From positions 1 through 59,732 of the IMG/VR virus record IMGVR_UViG_3300032893_000049: DNA of 59,732 nucleotides; one strand, given 5' to 3'. The DNA is from a virus. Taxonomy: Duplodnaviria; Caudoviricetes. Below, one piece after another: positions 16,561 to 24,916 of this stretch. Made by a program: the position numbers and the translations under genes. Position 1 is the stretch's first letter; every line of letters starts with the position of its first letter. Under the pieces are notes generated by a model. It had not been told where the DNA came from and ran no database searches. It saw only the letters and a list, made by a program, of their open reading frames with translations.

Positions 16561-17504
16561 CCGTCGAGCTCCGCTACCCCGTCAACGCCCTCACCTCGTT
16601 CCGCTACTTCAAGGACGTCGACCTGACCCCGTTGACAGCCGGCGGGCTGCGGTTGATCGCCGACTCCGGAGCGTTCTCCGCCGCCTCCCAGGGCACCCCG
16701 ATCGACCTGGACGAGTTCGCCGACTGGGCGACCCGGGTCCGGCACCTGGTGTCGTGGGTGGCATCCCTGGACGTCATCGGCGACGCCGACCGCACCTGGA
16801 CCAACTACCAGCGGTTGCGGTCCCTGCACGGCCTGGACGTCATCCCGACCGTCCACTACGGCGCCGACCCGTCCCTGCTGGACCGGTACGCCGGCGACGG
16901 CGTCGACTTCGTCGGCCTGGGCGGCATGGTCGGCCGCAAGTCCGAACCGCAGCGGCTGCTGCGCTGGACCCTGCACATGTTCCGGTACGCCAGGGACCAC
17001 CACCCGGGGATGCGGTTCCACGGCTGGGGGGTCACCCACCCCCAGCTGCTGGCGGCACTGCCCTGGTTCTCCGTCGACTCCTCCGGCGCCGGCTCCGCCT
17101 ACCGGTACGGGCGGGCGAGCCTGTTCAACCCCGACACCGCCCAACTGGTCACCGCCTCCATGAACGGCCGGGACATGCACCGCCACTCCGACCTGCTGCG
17201 CCGCTGGTACGGGGTCACCCCCGCGGAGGTGTCGACGTCCAGCAGCACCAACCGGTCCCTGCACGTGCGGATGGCGGCCCGGTCCCTGCAACTGCGGGAG
17301 GACTGGCTGCGGGCCCGCCACCGGGTCACCCCACCCACCTACGGCCTGACCGACGCACCCAGCAGCGGCCCGCACGTGCACATCTCCGACACCACCAGCA
17401 TCAACTACGTCCCGATCATGCGGCCCGCCGACGACGGCCCGCACATCCACTACGTGGACGCCGCCCCCGGGCACCTGGCTCGACTCACCGAGAGGACCCC
17501 ATGA
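16557..17504 (+). CDS. dpdA: DpdA-like (TGT-fold) 7-deazaguanine DNA transglycosylase
   Basis: IADSGAFS, LDVIGD, IPTVH, VGLGG, FHGWGVT, FSVDSS; context with que genes. Confidence 0.8.
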   Translation: MTVELRYPVNALTSFRYFKDVDLTPLTAGGLRLIADSGAFSAASQGTPIDLDEFADWATRVRHLVSWVASLDVIGDADRTWTNYQRLRSLHGLDVIPTVHYGADPSLLDRYAGDGVDFVGLGGMVGRKSEPQRLLRWTLHMFRYARDHHPGMRFHGWGVTHPQLLAALPWFSVDSSGAGSAYRYGRASLFNPDTAQLVTASMNGRDMHRHSDLLRRWYGVTPAEVSTSSSTNRSLHVRMAARSLQLREDWLRARHRVTPPTYGLTDAPSSGPHVHISDTTSINYVPIMRPADDGPHIHYVDAAPGHLARLTERTP

Positions 17505-18202
17505 CAAGCACCCTCGTCCTGCTGTCTGGTGGGCTGGACTCCACCACCCTCGCCGCCCACCTGCTCGACGCCGGCGACCACCTGGAGACCATCTCCATCC
17601 ACTACGGGCAGCGCCACGTCCGCGAGCTGCAGGCCGCCGCCGCCGTCGCCGCCCACCTCGGGCTCCGCCACGACGTCGTCGACCTGTCCGTGCTGCGCCA
17701 GCACCTCACCGGATCTGCCCTCACCGACGACGTGCCCGTCCCCCACGGCCACTACGCCGAGGACACCATGCGCGCCACCGTCGTCCCCAACCGCAACGCG
17801 ATCATGCTGTCGGTCGCGGTCGGCATCGCCGTGGCCCGCCACCTGAACCGGGTCGCCACCGCCGTGCACGCCGGTGACCACTTCGTGTACCCCGACTGCC
17901 GGCCCGCCTTCATCGACGCCATCGACGACGCGGCCCGCCTGGGCACCCAGGGGTTCGGCGACGTCATGGTGACCGCCCCGTTCGTCAACTGGACGAAAGC
18001 GGACATCGCCCGCCGCGCCCACCAGTTGGGCGCCCCCGCGCACCTGTCCTGGTCCTGCTACGAGGGCAACGACCAACACTGCGGCCGGTGCGGGACCTGT
18101 GTGGAGCGGGCCTCCGCGTTCTCACAAGCCGGGGTGCCCGACCCCACGGTCTACGCCGACCGTCAGTTCTGGACCGAGATGATCGAGCGGCACGGAGTCT
18201 GA
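17501..18202 (+). CDS. queC: 7-cyano-7-deazaguanine synthase
   Basis: LLSGGLDS, YGQRH, VPNRN, YPDCR, SWSCY…HCGRCGTC. Confidence 0.97.
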   Translation: MTSTLVLLSGGLDSTTLAAHLLDAGDHLETISIHYGQRHVRELQAAAAVAAHLGLRHDVVDLSVLRQHLTGSALTDDVPVPHGHYAEDTMRATVVPNRNAIMLSVAVGIAVARHLNRVATAVHAGDHFVYPDCRPAFIDAIDDAARLGTQGFGDVMVTAPFVNWTKADIARRAHQLGAPAHLSWSCYEGNDQHCGRCGTCVERASAFSQAGVPDPTVYADRQFWTEMIERHGV

Positions 18203-18263
18203 CGGTGGGAGTCCACGAAACCTGCTACGTCAAGGTGCACCGTCGTCTCCGTCAGGTCGCCCC

Positions 18264-18684
18264 ATGAACGGACTCGTCGTCACCCCCTGCGGCCGCCGCA
18301 AGGCCCCCGCGCCCACACAGGCAGCGGACCTGTACCGGGGCAGTTACTTCCGGGTCTGCCTGCGGTATGCCCGGCACCTGCAGCCGGACAACCGGATCCG
18401 GATCCTGTCCGCCCTGCACGGCCTTGTCTACCTTGACCAAGTGCTGGCCCCGTACAACGTGATGTTCGGGGGGCCCGGCACCATCCGGGTCGCCCAGATC
18501 CGGGAGCAGGCCGCACAGCAGGGCCTCCTGGACGCCAACCCCGTCATCATCCTTGGCGGCGTTGAGTACGCCTCCCGGGCCCTGCCGGTGTGGCCGCACG
18601 CCACCACCCCCCCTGATCACGGTCGAGGGCCGCATGGGCGACCAGCAGAACGCGATGCGTTGCTGGATGGGTGAGGTGTCGTGA
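18264..18684 (+). CDS. DUF6884-like protein, apparently frameshifted at a C7 run (18607-18613)
   Basis: VVTPCGRRK…AADLYRGSYF…ILSALHGL; as written stops at 18674, with one fewer C it reads PLITVEGRMGDQ… to a stop at 18684 coupled to next GTG. Confidence 0.7.
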
Positions 18685-18848
18685 CCGGGATCGTCGCCGC
18701 CCTCCTGCTGGGCGCCACTGTCGGGGCCGTGTTCGCGGTCGCCCGCTTGCCGGTCCCGGCCCCGAGCACCTGGGCGGGAGTCGCCGGGATCGTTGGCCTG
18801 CTCACGGGATGGCTGGCCGTCAACGCCCTGCTGGGAAGGAACCACTGA
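18681..18848 (+). CDS. XapX/DUF1427-like small membrane protein
   Basis: LLLGATVGAVFAVARLPVPAPSTWAGVAGIVG; coupled at both ends; not listed in the ORF track. Confidence 0.75.
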   Translation: MTGIVAALLLGATVGAVFAVARLPVPAPSTWAGVAGIVGLLTGWLAVNALLGRNH

Positions 18849-19213
18849 TGTACGAGATCACCAAGGACTTCGCGTTCTCCGCGGCGCACGTCCTGCACGG
18901 GCTGCGCCCCAACCACCCGTGCGGCCGGACCCACGGCCACAACTACACCGTGCGGGTCGCCTTGTCCGCCCACGACCTCAACACGGTCGGGTTCGTCGTC
19001 GACTACGGCGACCTCAAGCCGTTCGGGCTGTGGCTGGACACCAACCTCGACCACCAGCTCCTCAACAAGGTCCTGCCGATGCAGCCGTCGGCGGAGAACA
19101 TGGCCCAGTACCTGCACGCCGTCCTGCACGACGTCGTGCCCGTGCCCGACGGGGTGACCGTCGCGGTGGCCGTGTCCGAGACCCCGAAGACGTGGGCCTG
19201 GTACCGGCCGTGA
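18848..19213 (+). CDS. queD: 6-carboxytetrahydropterin synthase
   Basis: FSAAH, CGRTHGHNY, LDH, SAEN, SETP. Confidence 0.95.
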   Translation: MYEITKDFAFSAAHVLHGLRPNHPCGRTHGHNYTVRVALSAHDLNTVGFVVDYGDLKPFGLWLDTNLDHQLLNKVLPMQPSAENMAQYLHAVLHDVVPVPDGVTVAVAVSETPKTWAWYRP

Positions 19214-19926
19214 CCCTCGCCCATGACCGGCTCCTGGTCGCGGAGGTGTTCGGGCCCACCGTGCAGGGGGAGGGCCGGCGCCTCGGGCAGCGGTGCTCGT
19301 TCGTCCGGCTCGGCGCCTGCAACCTCGCCTGCACCTGGTGCGACACCCCGTACACGTGGGACCGGACCCGCTTCAACCTCACCCGGGAGCTGACCACCCG
19401 GTCCGCGTCCGACATCGCCGCCGAGGTGGCCGGGCACGGCACGAAGCTCACCGTCATCACCGGCGGGGAGCCGCTGCTGCAGCAGCACCGCATCGGGTGG
19501 CGGGCCCTGGTGGAGGACCTGCTCAGCTGCTACCGGTCGGTCGAGGTGGAGACCAACGGCACCCAGGTCCCCGCCATGAACCGGGCCGGCCTCACCTACA
19601 ACGTCAGCCCCAAGCTGGCCCACTCCGGGGACCCCGAGGACGCCCGCATCGTCCCGGCCGCGCTCCACGAGTTCGGGCACCTGGCCCGGGCCAACGTCGC
19701 CGACTGGAAGTTCGTCGTCGCCGACCGCGGCGACCTGGCCGAGGTCAACGCCCTCGTACAGCGGTTCAACGTGCCGGCGTCCCGGGTGTGGGTGATGCCG
19801 GAGGGCACCGACCAGGCCACCATCACGGGCCGCGCCGGCGACCTGGCCGACGTGGTGATCGGGCAGGGGTACAACCTCACCACCCGGCTGCACGTGCTGC
19901 TGTGGGGACAGGAGCGGAAGCGGTGA
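19210..19926 (+). CDS. queE: 7-carboxy-7-deazaguanine synthase (radical SAM)
   Basis: EVFGPTVQGEG, CNLACTWCD, TGGEP, ETNG, VSPK, RLH. Confidence 0.95.
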   Translation: MTLAHDRLLVAEVFGPTVQGEGRRLGQRCSFVRLGACNLACTWCDTPYTWDRTRFNLTRELTTRSASDIAAEVAGHGTKLTVITGGEPLLQQHRIGWRALVEDLLSCYRSVEVETNGTQVPAMNRAGLTYNVSPKLAHSGDPEDARIVPAALHEFGHLARANVADWKFVVADRGDLAEVNALVQRFNVPASRVWVMPEGTDQATITGRAGDLADVVIGQGYNLTTRLHVLLWGQERKR

Positions 19927-20510
19927 CCACCAGGGACCTCACGGGCACCGAGGCGGAGGAGCTGTTCGCGGTCGGCATGCGGGCCCTGCTGGGGCAGTTG
20001 GGCGTGGACCCCGACGGGCCGGACGTCGCCGACACCCCCGCCCGATGGGTGCGGGCGCTGCGAGAGATGACCGCCGGCTACGGGGAGGACCCGGCCGCGA
20101 TCCTGTCCCGCACGTTCGAGATGCCCCACGCCGACGAAATGATCGTGGTGACTGGGGTGCCGTTCACCAGCGTCTGCGCCCACCACCTGCTGCCGTTCTG
20201 GGGGACTGGCACCGTCGCCTACATCCCCGCCGAGGGCGCCCCCGTCGTGGGCCTGTCGAAGCTGGCCCGGGTCCTGGACGTCTACGCCAAGCGGCTGCAG
20301 TCCCAGGAGCAGATCACGGTCCAGGTCACCACCGCCCTGGACACCCACCTGCAGACCAGGGGCGCCGCGTGTGTCCTGCGCGCCCAGCACGGGTGCATGG
20401 CTCACCGCGGTGTCCGCAAGCCGGGCGCGGAGATGGTCACCTCCAGCCTGACCGGCGCGTTCCGGTCCGACCCGTCCGCCCGGGCGGAGTTCCTGGCCCT
20501 GGCACGGTAG
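19923..20510 (+). CDS. folE: GTP cyclohydrolase I
   Basis: DTPAR, SVCAHHLLPF, GLSKLAR, RLQSQE, HGCM-x-x-RG. Confidence 0.97.
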   Translation: MTTRDLTGTEAEELFAVGMRALLGQLGVDPDGPDVADTPARWVRALREMTAGYGEDPAAILSRTFEMPHADEMIVVTGVPFTSVCAHHLLPFWGTGTVAYIPAEGAPVVGLSKLARVLDVYAKRLQSQEQITVQVTTALDTHLQTRGAACVLRAQHGCMAHRGVRKPGAEMVTSSLTGAFRSDPSARAEFLALAR

Positions 20511-20525
20511 GTCGCCTCAGGCGTA

Positions 20526-20567
20526 GGCAAGGGCCCGCATCCGGGGAAGAGGATGCGGGCCCTTGCC
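20526..20567. terminator. Terminator hairpin after folE
   Basis: ggcaagggcccgcatcc…ggatgcgggcccttgcc. Confidence 0.75.
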
Positions 20568-20660
20568 GTTGGCCCCCGCCAGGGCCAGATCAGTGGGTTG
20601 TCAGTCGTGGGTCGGGAGGGGTGCGGCCCGCCCCGGCCGGGGCGGGCCGCTACGGGTGGG

Positions 20661-21263
20661 TCAGGGCTTGGCGGTCAGCAGGGTGTAGACCGCGTGCCGC
20701 TTGCCGGACACCGCCTTGAGGGGGGCCGCGGAGCCGGGCAGGGTGGGCCGCCACTTGCGGGCGCTGGTGTCCCACCGCAGGTCCCCGACGTGGACCCCGT
20801 CCTCGACCCGGGTGACCCGCAGGACCAGCGGGTCGCCGGTCTGCTCGGCCTTGACGGCGACCGCCTGGCCGTTCGGGTGCGCCTCAACCTCGAAGGGCTT
20901 GACGGCGGTCAGGGCCACGTTGGGGCGGGCCTCGCGGGACGCCTTGGCCGGGGCCTCGGTGTCGGGAACCTCGCCCGGCTCGGCGGCGGCTGCCATCTCC
21001 TGCTCCTGCTCGGCAGCGTCGAAGGGGGCCGGGACGTCGCTGGCGTCGCTGCCGCCCAGCCCGTCGGGGCCGGCGATGTCCACGATCTGCGGCTCGGCAG
21101 TGAACACGATCTTGCCGTCCTCGTCGTTGGTGACGGTGACGCTGGCGGTGGGGTCGGCCTCAAGGATGGTGGTGCGGGCGAACCGGATGGCGTCGCGGCC
21201 ACGGGTGCGGGTGAAGGTCTTGGTGTCGCCGTTGGTGTAGGTGACGGTGGTGGTGAACGACAT
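20661..21263 (-). CDS. Hypothetical protein
   Basis: AAGGAG RBS; downstream of shared promoter. Confidence 0.7.
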   Translation of the reverse strand: MSFTTTVTYTNGDTKTFTRTRGRDAIRFARTTILEADPTASVTVTNDEDGKIVFTAEPQIVDIAGPDGLGGSDASDVPAPFDAAEQEQEMAAAAEPGEVPDTEAPAKASREARPNVALTAVKPFEVEAHPNGQAVAVKAEQTGDPLVLRVTRVEDGVHVGDLRWDTSARKWRPTLPGSAAPLKAVSGKRHAVYTLLTAKP

Positions 21264-21301
21264 CGTGGTCTCCTTGGCGGGGGGACTTGGTACTTCCTGA
21301 C

Positions 21302-21337
21302 ATGACTATTAAACCCGATGCACGGGTAGTCTGTCAA
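21302..21337 (-). promoter_or_regulatory. Shared promoter motif copy 2
   Basis: TTGACA-N18-TTTAAT-AGTCAT. Confidence 0.75.
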
Positions 21338-21338
21338 G

Positions 21339-21917
21339 TCAGAACAGGTGCGAATCCTGCACCACGAACCGACATCCCAGCGCCGGCTCCCCGTGATGCA
21401 ACCCCTTGCACTCCACCTCACCCAGGACCCGCCACGGGTTCGCCCGACCGATCCGCGCCCGCGTCTCCGCCTCGAACGTGTCGATGGTCTGCCCCTCGAT
21501 CGCCTCGTAGTGACCCACCTGGTCCGCCCACACCGGATGCCCCGGGAACGCCCGCCCCCACATCCGCGCGTACAGCCCGGCGGCTGGCGTGTTCAACGGG
21601 GTCACAAGGCTGGCCTGACAGCAGGCGATGCACACCTCCGCCGCGGTCCCCGGCCGGGTGTCCTGCCCGGCCACGACCCGCGCCAGCAGCTCCCGCACGT
21701 GCCCCTCGAACACGAACCGGGTCTCCATCAGGTCGTGCGTCGGCTGGAGCAGCGAGAACGAATGCCACAGCAGGTCCCACGCCTGCGGGTGCTCCGCCTG
21801 CGCCTTGGCGATCTCGTCCTCGGCGATCTCCATCCGCTCGAACACACCCATCAGGTCGGACTTCAACCCCGACACGATCCCGTCAAGGGTGAGCGGCACA
21901 ACGGGCGCGTCGGTCAT
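21339..21917 (-). CDS. Hypothetical protein
   Basis: Globular-looking ORF (ELLARV…DTRPGTAAE); coupled start. Confidence 0.7.
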   Translation of the reverse strand: MTDAPVVPLTLDGIVSGLKSDLMGVFERMEIAEDEIAKAQAEHPQAWDLLWHSFSLLQPTHDLMETRFVFEGHVRELLARVVAGQDTRPGTAAEVCIACCQASLVTPLNTPAAGLYARMWGRAFPGHPVWADQVGHYEAIEGQTIDTFEAETRARIGRANPWRVLGEVECKGLHHGEPALGCRFVVQDSHLF

Positions 21918-22483
21918 GACCGCCACCCGCCCGTGCTGTACGCCTCACCGATCAACCGGGCGATCTCCACCGCAACGGCGGCCGGGACGTGGAGCCACTC
22001 GATCAGGACCGTCGCGGGGTCGTGGGTGCGGAACTCGCCGCCGCCGGCCCAGTACACCTGCGCAGTGGTCTTGGTGCCTTCACCGCCAGAGACCCGGCCG
22101 TCCGGCAGGTGCCCGGCGATCCGCTCAGCCACGCACCGCACGGCAGCTGCCTCATCACGCAACACGGCGAGCTTCGCCAGGACCCTCTGCAACTCCGCCA
22201 CGTATGGCGGCAGGAGTCGCCGCTCAATCTCCCGGGCGATGGCCTGCGCGCCACGGGACACGGCGACGGTGATCTCGAACCGCTTGTAGCCGACGCCGTC
22301 GGGGTACCCGCCACCCACCTCCACGCGGGACTCGTGGCTGCCCCACACCCACGCCAGGTGCAGTGCCCGCCCGTCGGCGTGCCGCAAGGCGACCCCCCAA
22401 GTGGGCCAGGCCGGGTCTCGGGTGAACCCGTCAAGGTGCCGGGCCACATCGTCGGCCAACCTGATCAGCGCCTGGTCGGTCAT
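21914..22483 (-). CDS. Hypothetical protein
   Basis: ATGA coupling; IAREIERRLLP. Confidence 0.65.
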   Translation of the reverse strand: MTDQALIRLADDVARHLDGFTRDPAWPTWGVALRHADGRALHLAWVWGSHESRVEVGGGYPDGVGYKRFEITVAVSRGAQAIAREIERRLLPPYVAELQRVLAKLAVLRDEAAAVRCVAERIAGHLPDGRVSGGEGTKTTAQVYWAGGGEFRTHDPATVLIEWLHVPAAVAVEIARLIGEAYSTGGWRS

Positions 22484-22791
22484 GACCACGCCGCCAGGTC
22501 GTGCTTCTCCACCAGCGCCTGCGCGGCACGGGCGAGGGCCGATTCGCCCTTGGCGGCCTGCTTGACCAACCGGACCAGGTCCTCCCACATCTCGTCGCGG
22601 TTCAGGTTGAGGTCGCCGTGCAGGATCACCGACGACGGGGTCACGTCGGCGTGCTCGATGTCGACAGGCCATTCCAGGCCGTCCACCTCCACCCACACGG
22701 GGGTCGAGGGGTCCGCCTCGCTCAGGGTCCGTTGGAGGTCCCCGGCCAGGGCGTGCGCGCCGGCCGACACGGGCCGGAAGGACCCGCTCAC
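22480..22791 (-). CDS. Hypothetical protein
   Basis: Coupled at both ends. Confidence 0.6.
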   Translation of the reverse strand: MSGSFRPVSAGAHALAGDLQRTLSEADPSTPVWVEVDGLEWPVDIEHADVTPSSVILHGDLNLNRDEMWEDLVRLVKQAAKGESALARAAQALVEKHDLAAWS

Positions 22792-22964
22792 AGCGTCGCC
22801 CCGGCGTGCGACAGGAGCGCCGGCCCGGCGATCACCAGGTAGGGGGCCATCCCCAGGACGGTGCCGACGAGGGCGAGTCGGGCGGCGGAGTTGTCGCGGT
22901 GCCGGGCCCGCCGCAACGGGTTCCGGCCGGTCAAGGCGCTGGTGACGAACCGGTGGAAGCTCAT
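22788..22964 (-). CDS. Small membrane protein
   Basis: MSFHRFV… with C-terminal hydrophobic helix; coupled. Confidence 0.5.
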   Translation of the reverse strand: MSFHRFVTSALTGRNPLRRARHRDNSAARLALVGTVLGMAPYLVIAGPALLSHAGATL

Positions 22965-23113
22965 CAGGCCACCTGCTCACGGACAGCGGCGCGAACGGCG
23001 GCGGACCGGGACCCGCGGCGGCGGGTTGCGCGGCCCCGGTGGGGGCCTGCGGCGCCGGACGAGCGGCGGTCGAGGGTGGCCTGCACGCGGGCAGGCACAG
23101 GACGGCGGTTCAT
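22964..23113 (-). CDS. Small basic protein
   Basis: MNRRPVP…RRSSGAAGPH; TGATG coupling. Confidence 0.5.
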   Translation of the reverse strand: MNRRPVPARVQATLDRRSSGAAGPHRGRATRRRGSRSAAVRAAVREQVA

Positions 23114-23164
23114 GGCGGGGGGCCCTTTCGTGGGTGGTGGTGGATGTGACTTGGGAATCGGGGT

Positions 23165-23710
23165 CTACGACGTCACCCGCTCGAGCAGGGTTTGCAGGTC
23201 CTTGCGGGACAGGCAGGGGTTGCCGAACTGGTCCCAGCGGACAGGGCCGATACCGGCGCGTTCGGCCAGGGCCTCAAGCTCGACCTTCTCGGCGGCCCGG
23301 AGGCGTTCCTGCCGGGCCGCCGCCCGCTCGGCCTGGGCGCGCCGCTCGTCACGGGCCTGCTGTGCGATCACGTACTCGGCCCAGCCGGAGTCGAGGCTGC
23401 GCAGCGTCACGAACTCGATGGCCAAGTTGCCGCCGTGGTAGGTCGTCGGTTCGCCGGTGTCCCTGTCAAGGACGAGCACGGCCACGAACTGGCCTGCGGT
23501 GTGCGTGGACGCGGTGTCCCGCACGTGGCTGGGCTTGTCCAACACGTGGCCACTGGCCAGCGTGACGGGCTTGTTCCAAGACCGGACCCGATCGCCCTTG
23601 TGGAACGGACCTACATCCAGCATCCGCACCCTCGCGGCGAAGCCGTTGCTGATGTGCCAGTCCCCGCCCTGCGCGTACTCCGCGCCCCGGACCAGATCGG
23701 TGCGCTTCAT
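23165..23710 (-). CDS. Hypothetical protein
   Basis: GGAGG RBS; C-terminal coiled coil. Confidence 0.65.
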   Translation of the reverse strand: MKRTDLVRGAEYAQGGDWHISNGFAARVRMLDVGPFHKGDRVRSWNKPVTLASGHVLDKPSHVRDTASTHTAGQFVAVLVLDRDTGEPTTYHGGNLAIEFVTLRSLDSGWAEYVIAQQARDERRAQAERAAARQERLRAAEKVELEALAERAGIGPVRWDQFGNPCLSRKDLQTLLERVTS

Positions 23711-23713
23711 CCG

Positions 23714-23995
23714 TCAGCCCTCCTGCTGGTTGGCGAAGTGAACGACGTAGGTGACGGCGGCGGCATGGCCGCGGATCGCTGCGGCCCGGTCGCGGTAGCC
23801 GTCCACGATCGAGTCGGGCACGTCCTGCCCGAACATCGCGCGGAGGTCGGCGCCGAACACGCAGGTCTCCCAGCGGGTCTCCGGCTGGTTATTGGCGCCG
23901 ACGCCCTGGACGGCGAGGGTCGAGACGATGATGCCGCCGGGCAGGATGGTCTGGGCGACGTCAATGGCCCGCAGGGGGCGGAGCTCGTCGGTCAC
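23714..23995 (-). CDS. Hypothetical protein
   Basis: VST…WETCVF…Y…A-x-x-GH pattern seen in small phage proteins. Confidence 0.65.
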   Translation of the reverse strand: MTDELRPLRAIDVAQTILPGGIIVSTLAVQGVGANNQPETRWETCVFGADLRAMFGQDVPDSIVDGYRDRAAAIRGHAAAVTYVVHFANQQEG

Positions 23996-23998
23996 AGT

Positions 23999-24211
23999 TC
24001 AGTCCTCCATGGCCTTGTCGAAGAAGGCGCGGGCTTCGGGGTCGTCGCGGTCGTCGCGAGCCGCGAGCTCGTCCACGACGCGGTTGATCTGGTCGCGGCG
24101 CTTGTCGTATCCGCCGTCCCGGCGGCCGCCGTTGTAGCGGCGGGCGGTCAGCTCCTCGTACCGGGCGATCAGCTCGGCGGTGGTGAGGCCCTGTAGCCGC
24201 TTCGTCGTCAT
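23999..24211 (-). CDS. Hypothetical protein (leaderless)
   Basis: ATG at shared promoter motif. Confidence 0.65.
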   Translation of the reverse strand: MTTKRLQGLTTAELIARYEELTARRYNGGRRDGGYDKRRDQINRVVDELAARDDRDDPEARAFFDKAMED

Positions 24212-24246
24212 GTGACCAGTAAACCGGATGTCCGGCCGAAAAGCAA
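24209..24246 (-). promoter_or_regulatory. Shared promoter motif copy 3 (leaderless)
   Basis: TTGCTT-N17-TTTACT-GGTCAC-ATG. Confidence 0.7.
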
Positions 24247-24270
24247 TCGGAATCTAACGGCCGTAACCGC

Positions 24271-24308
24271 TAGACAGAAGCGCGGAGGATGGGTTTAATA
24301 GTCACATG
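24271..24308 (+). promoter_or_regulatory. Shared promoter motif copy 4 (leaderless)
   Basis: TAGACA-N17-TTTAAT-AGTCAC-ATG. Confidence 0.7.
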
Positions 24309-24488
24309 ACGACGACCACCGCCCCCGCCCCCCGCACCGTCGAGGCGTTCATCGCCAGCCTGTTCACCGACCGGGACACCTACCCGGCCCCCTGCGGCGC
24401 CGACATCGACTTCACGACGGACGAGCAGGGCGACGAGGACTGGCGGGAGCACCTGCGCACCTGCACCAGTTGCGGGCGCGAGGACTGA
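24306..24488 (+). CDS. Small acidic Cys/His protein (leaderless)
   Basis: ATG at promoter motif; CG…H-x-x-x-C-x-x-C. Confidence 0.6.
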   Translation: MTTTTAPAPRTVEAFIASLFTDRDTYPAPCGADIDFTTDEQGDEDWREHLRTCTSCGRED

Positions 24489-24655
24489 GTCTCCCGGTCC
24501 CCGCCGTCGCCCCCGATACGGCGGCGGGGACTGGGCTCCAACCCCCGGGCTCACCTGGGCCCCGGTGAGGACCCCCACTCGACGGCCTCTCGTCGTCATG
24601 GCCCGGTGGGGGTCCTCTCCAGGACGCAGGAAACCGACGATCGGAGCCCCCCGCC

Positions 24656-24838
24656 ATGGCTGAGCACGTGGAGTACGCCCGCGCCGCCGAGTTGGTGTGC
24701 GAGTTGACCGACGAGGGTCTGTGCCTGAGCTGGGGTGGCGGCGGCCGGTTGGTCGTGACGGGTAGCCCGGACGAGGTGTGCGACCTGGGTGAGCTGGTGG
24801 TGGCCGCTGGCGTGGCCGCGGTGCTGGCCGCCGACTGA
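24656..24838 (+). CDS. Small acidic hypothetical protein
   Basis: GGAG RBS. Confidence 0.5.
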   Translation: MAEHVEYARAAELVCELTDEGLCLSWGGGGRLVVTGSPDEVCDLGELVVAAGVAAVLAAD

Positions 24839-24845
24839 CATCCTC

Positions 24846-24881
24846 TTGACTAATAGCCGAACATACGGTTTACTAGTCACG
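24846..24881 (+). promoter_or_regulatory. Shared promoter motif copy 5
   Basis: TTGACT-N17-TTTACT-AGTCAC. Confidence 0.75.
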
Positions 24882-24916
24882 TAAGCAAGTCAGGGCCCCC
24901 CGCCAAGGAGCACCCC

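Noticed and set aside
16557-17504. tRNA-acting TGT for the element's Tyr/His tRNAs
   Set aside because: Lacks the TGT Zn-binding motif, no queF/queA, and ParB-linked context matches phage DNA modification; not formally excluded
20623-20650. 28-bp GC palindrome
   Set aside because: Sits just past a convergent stop codon; adequately explained as a terminator
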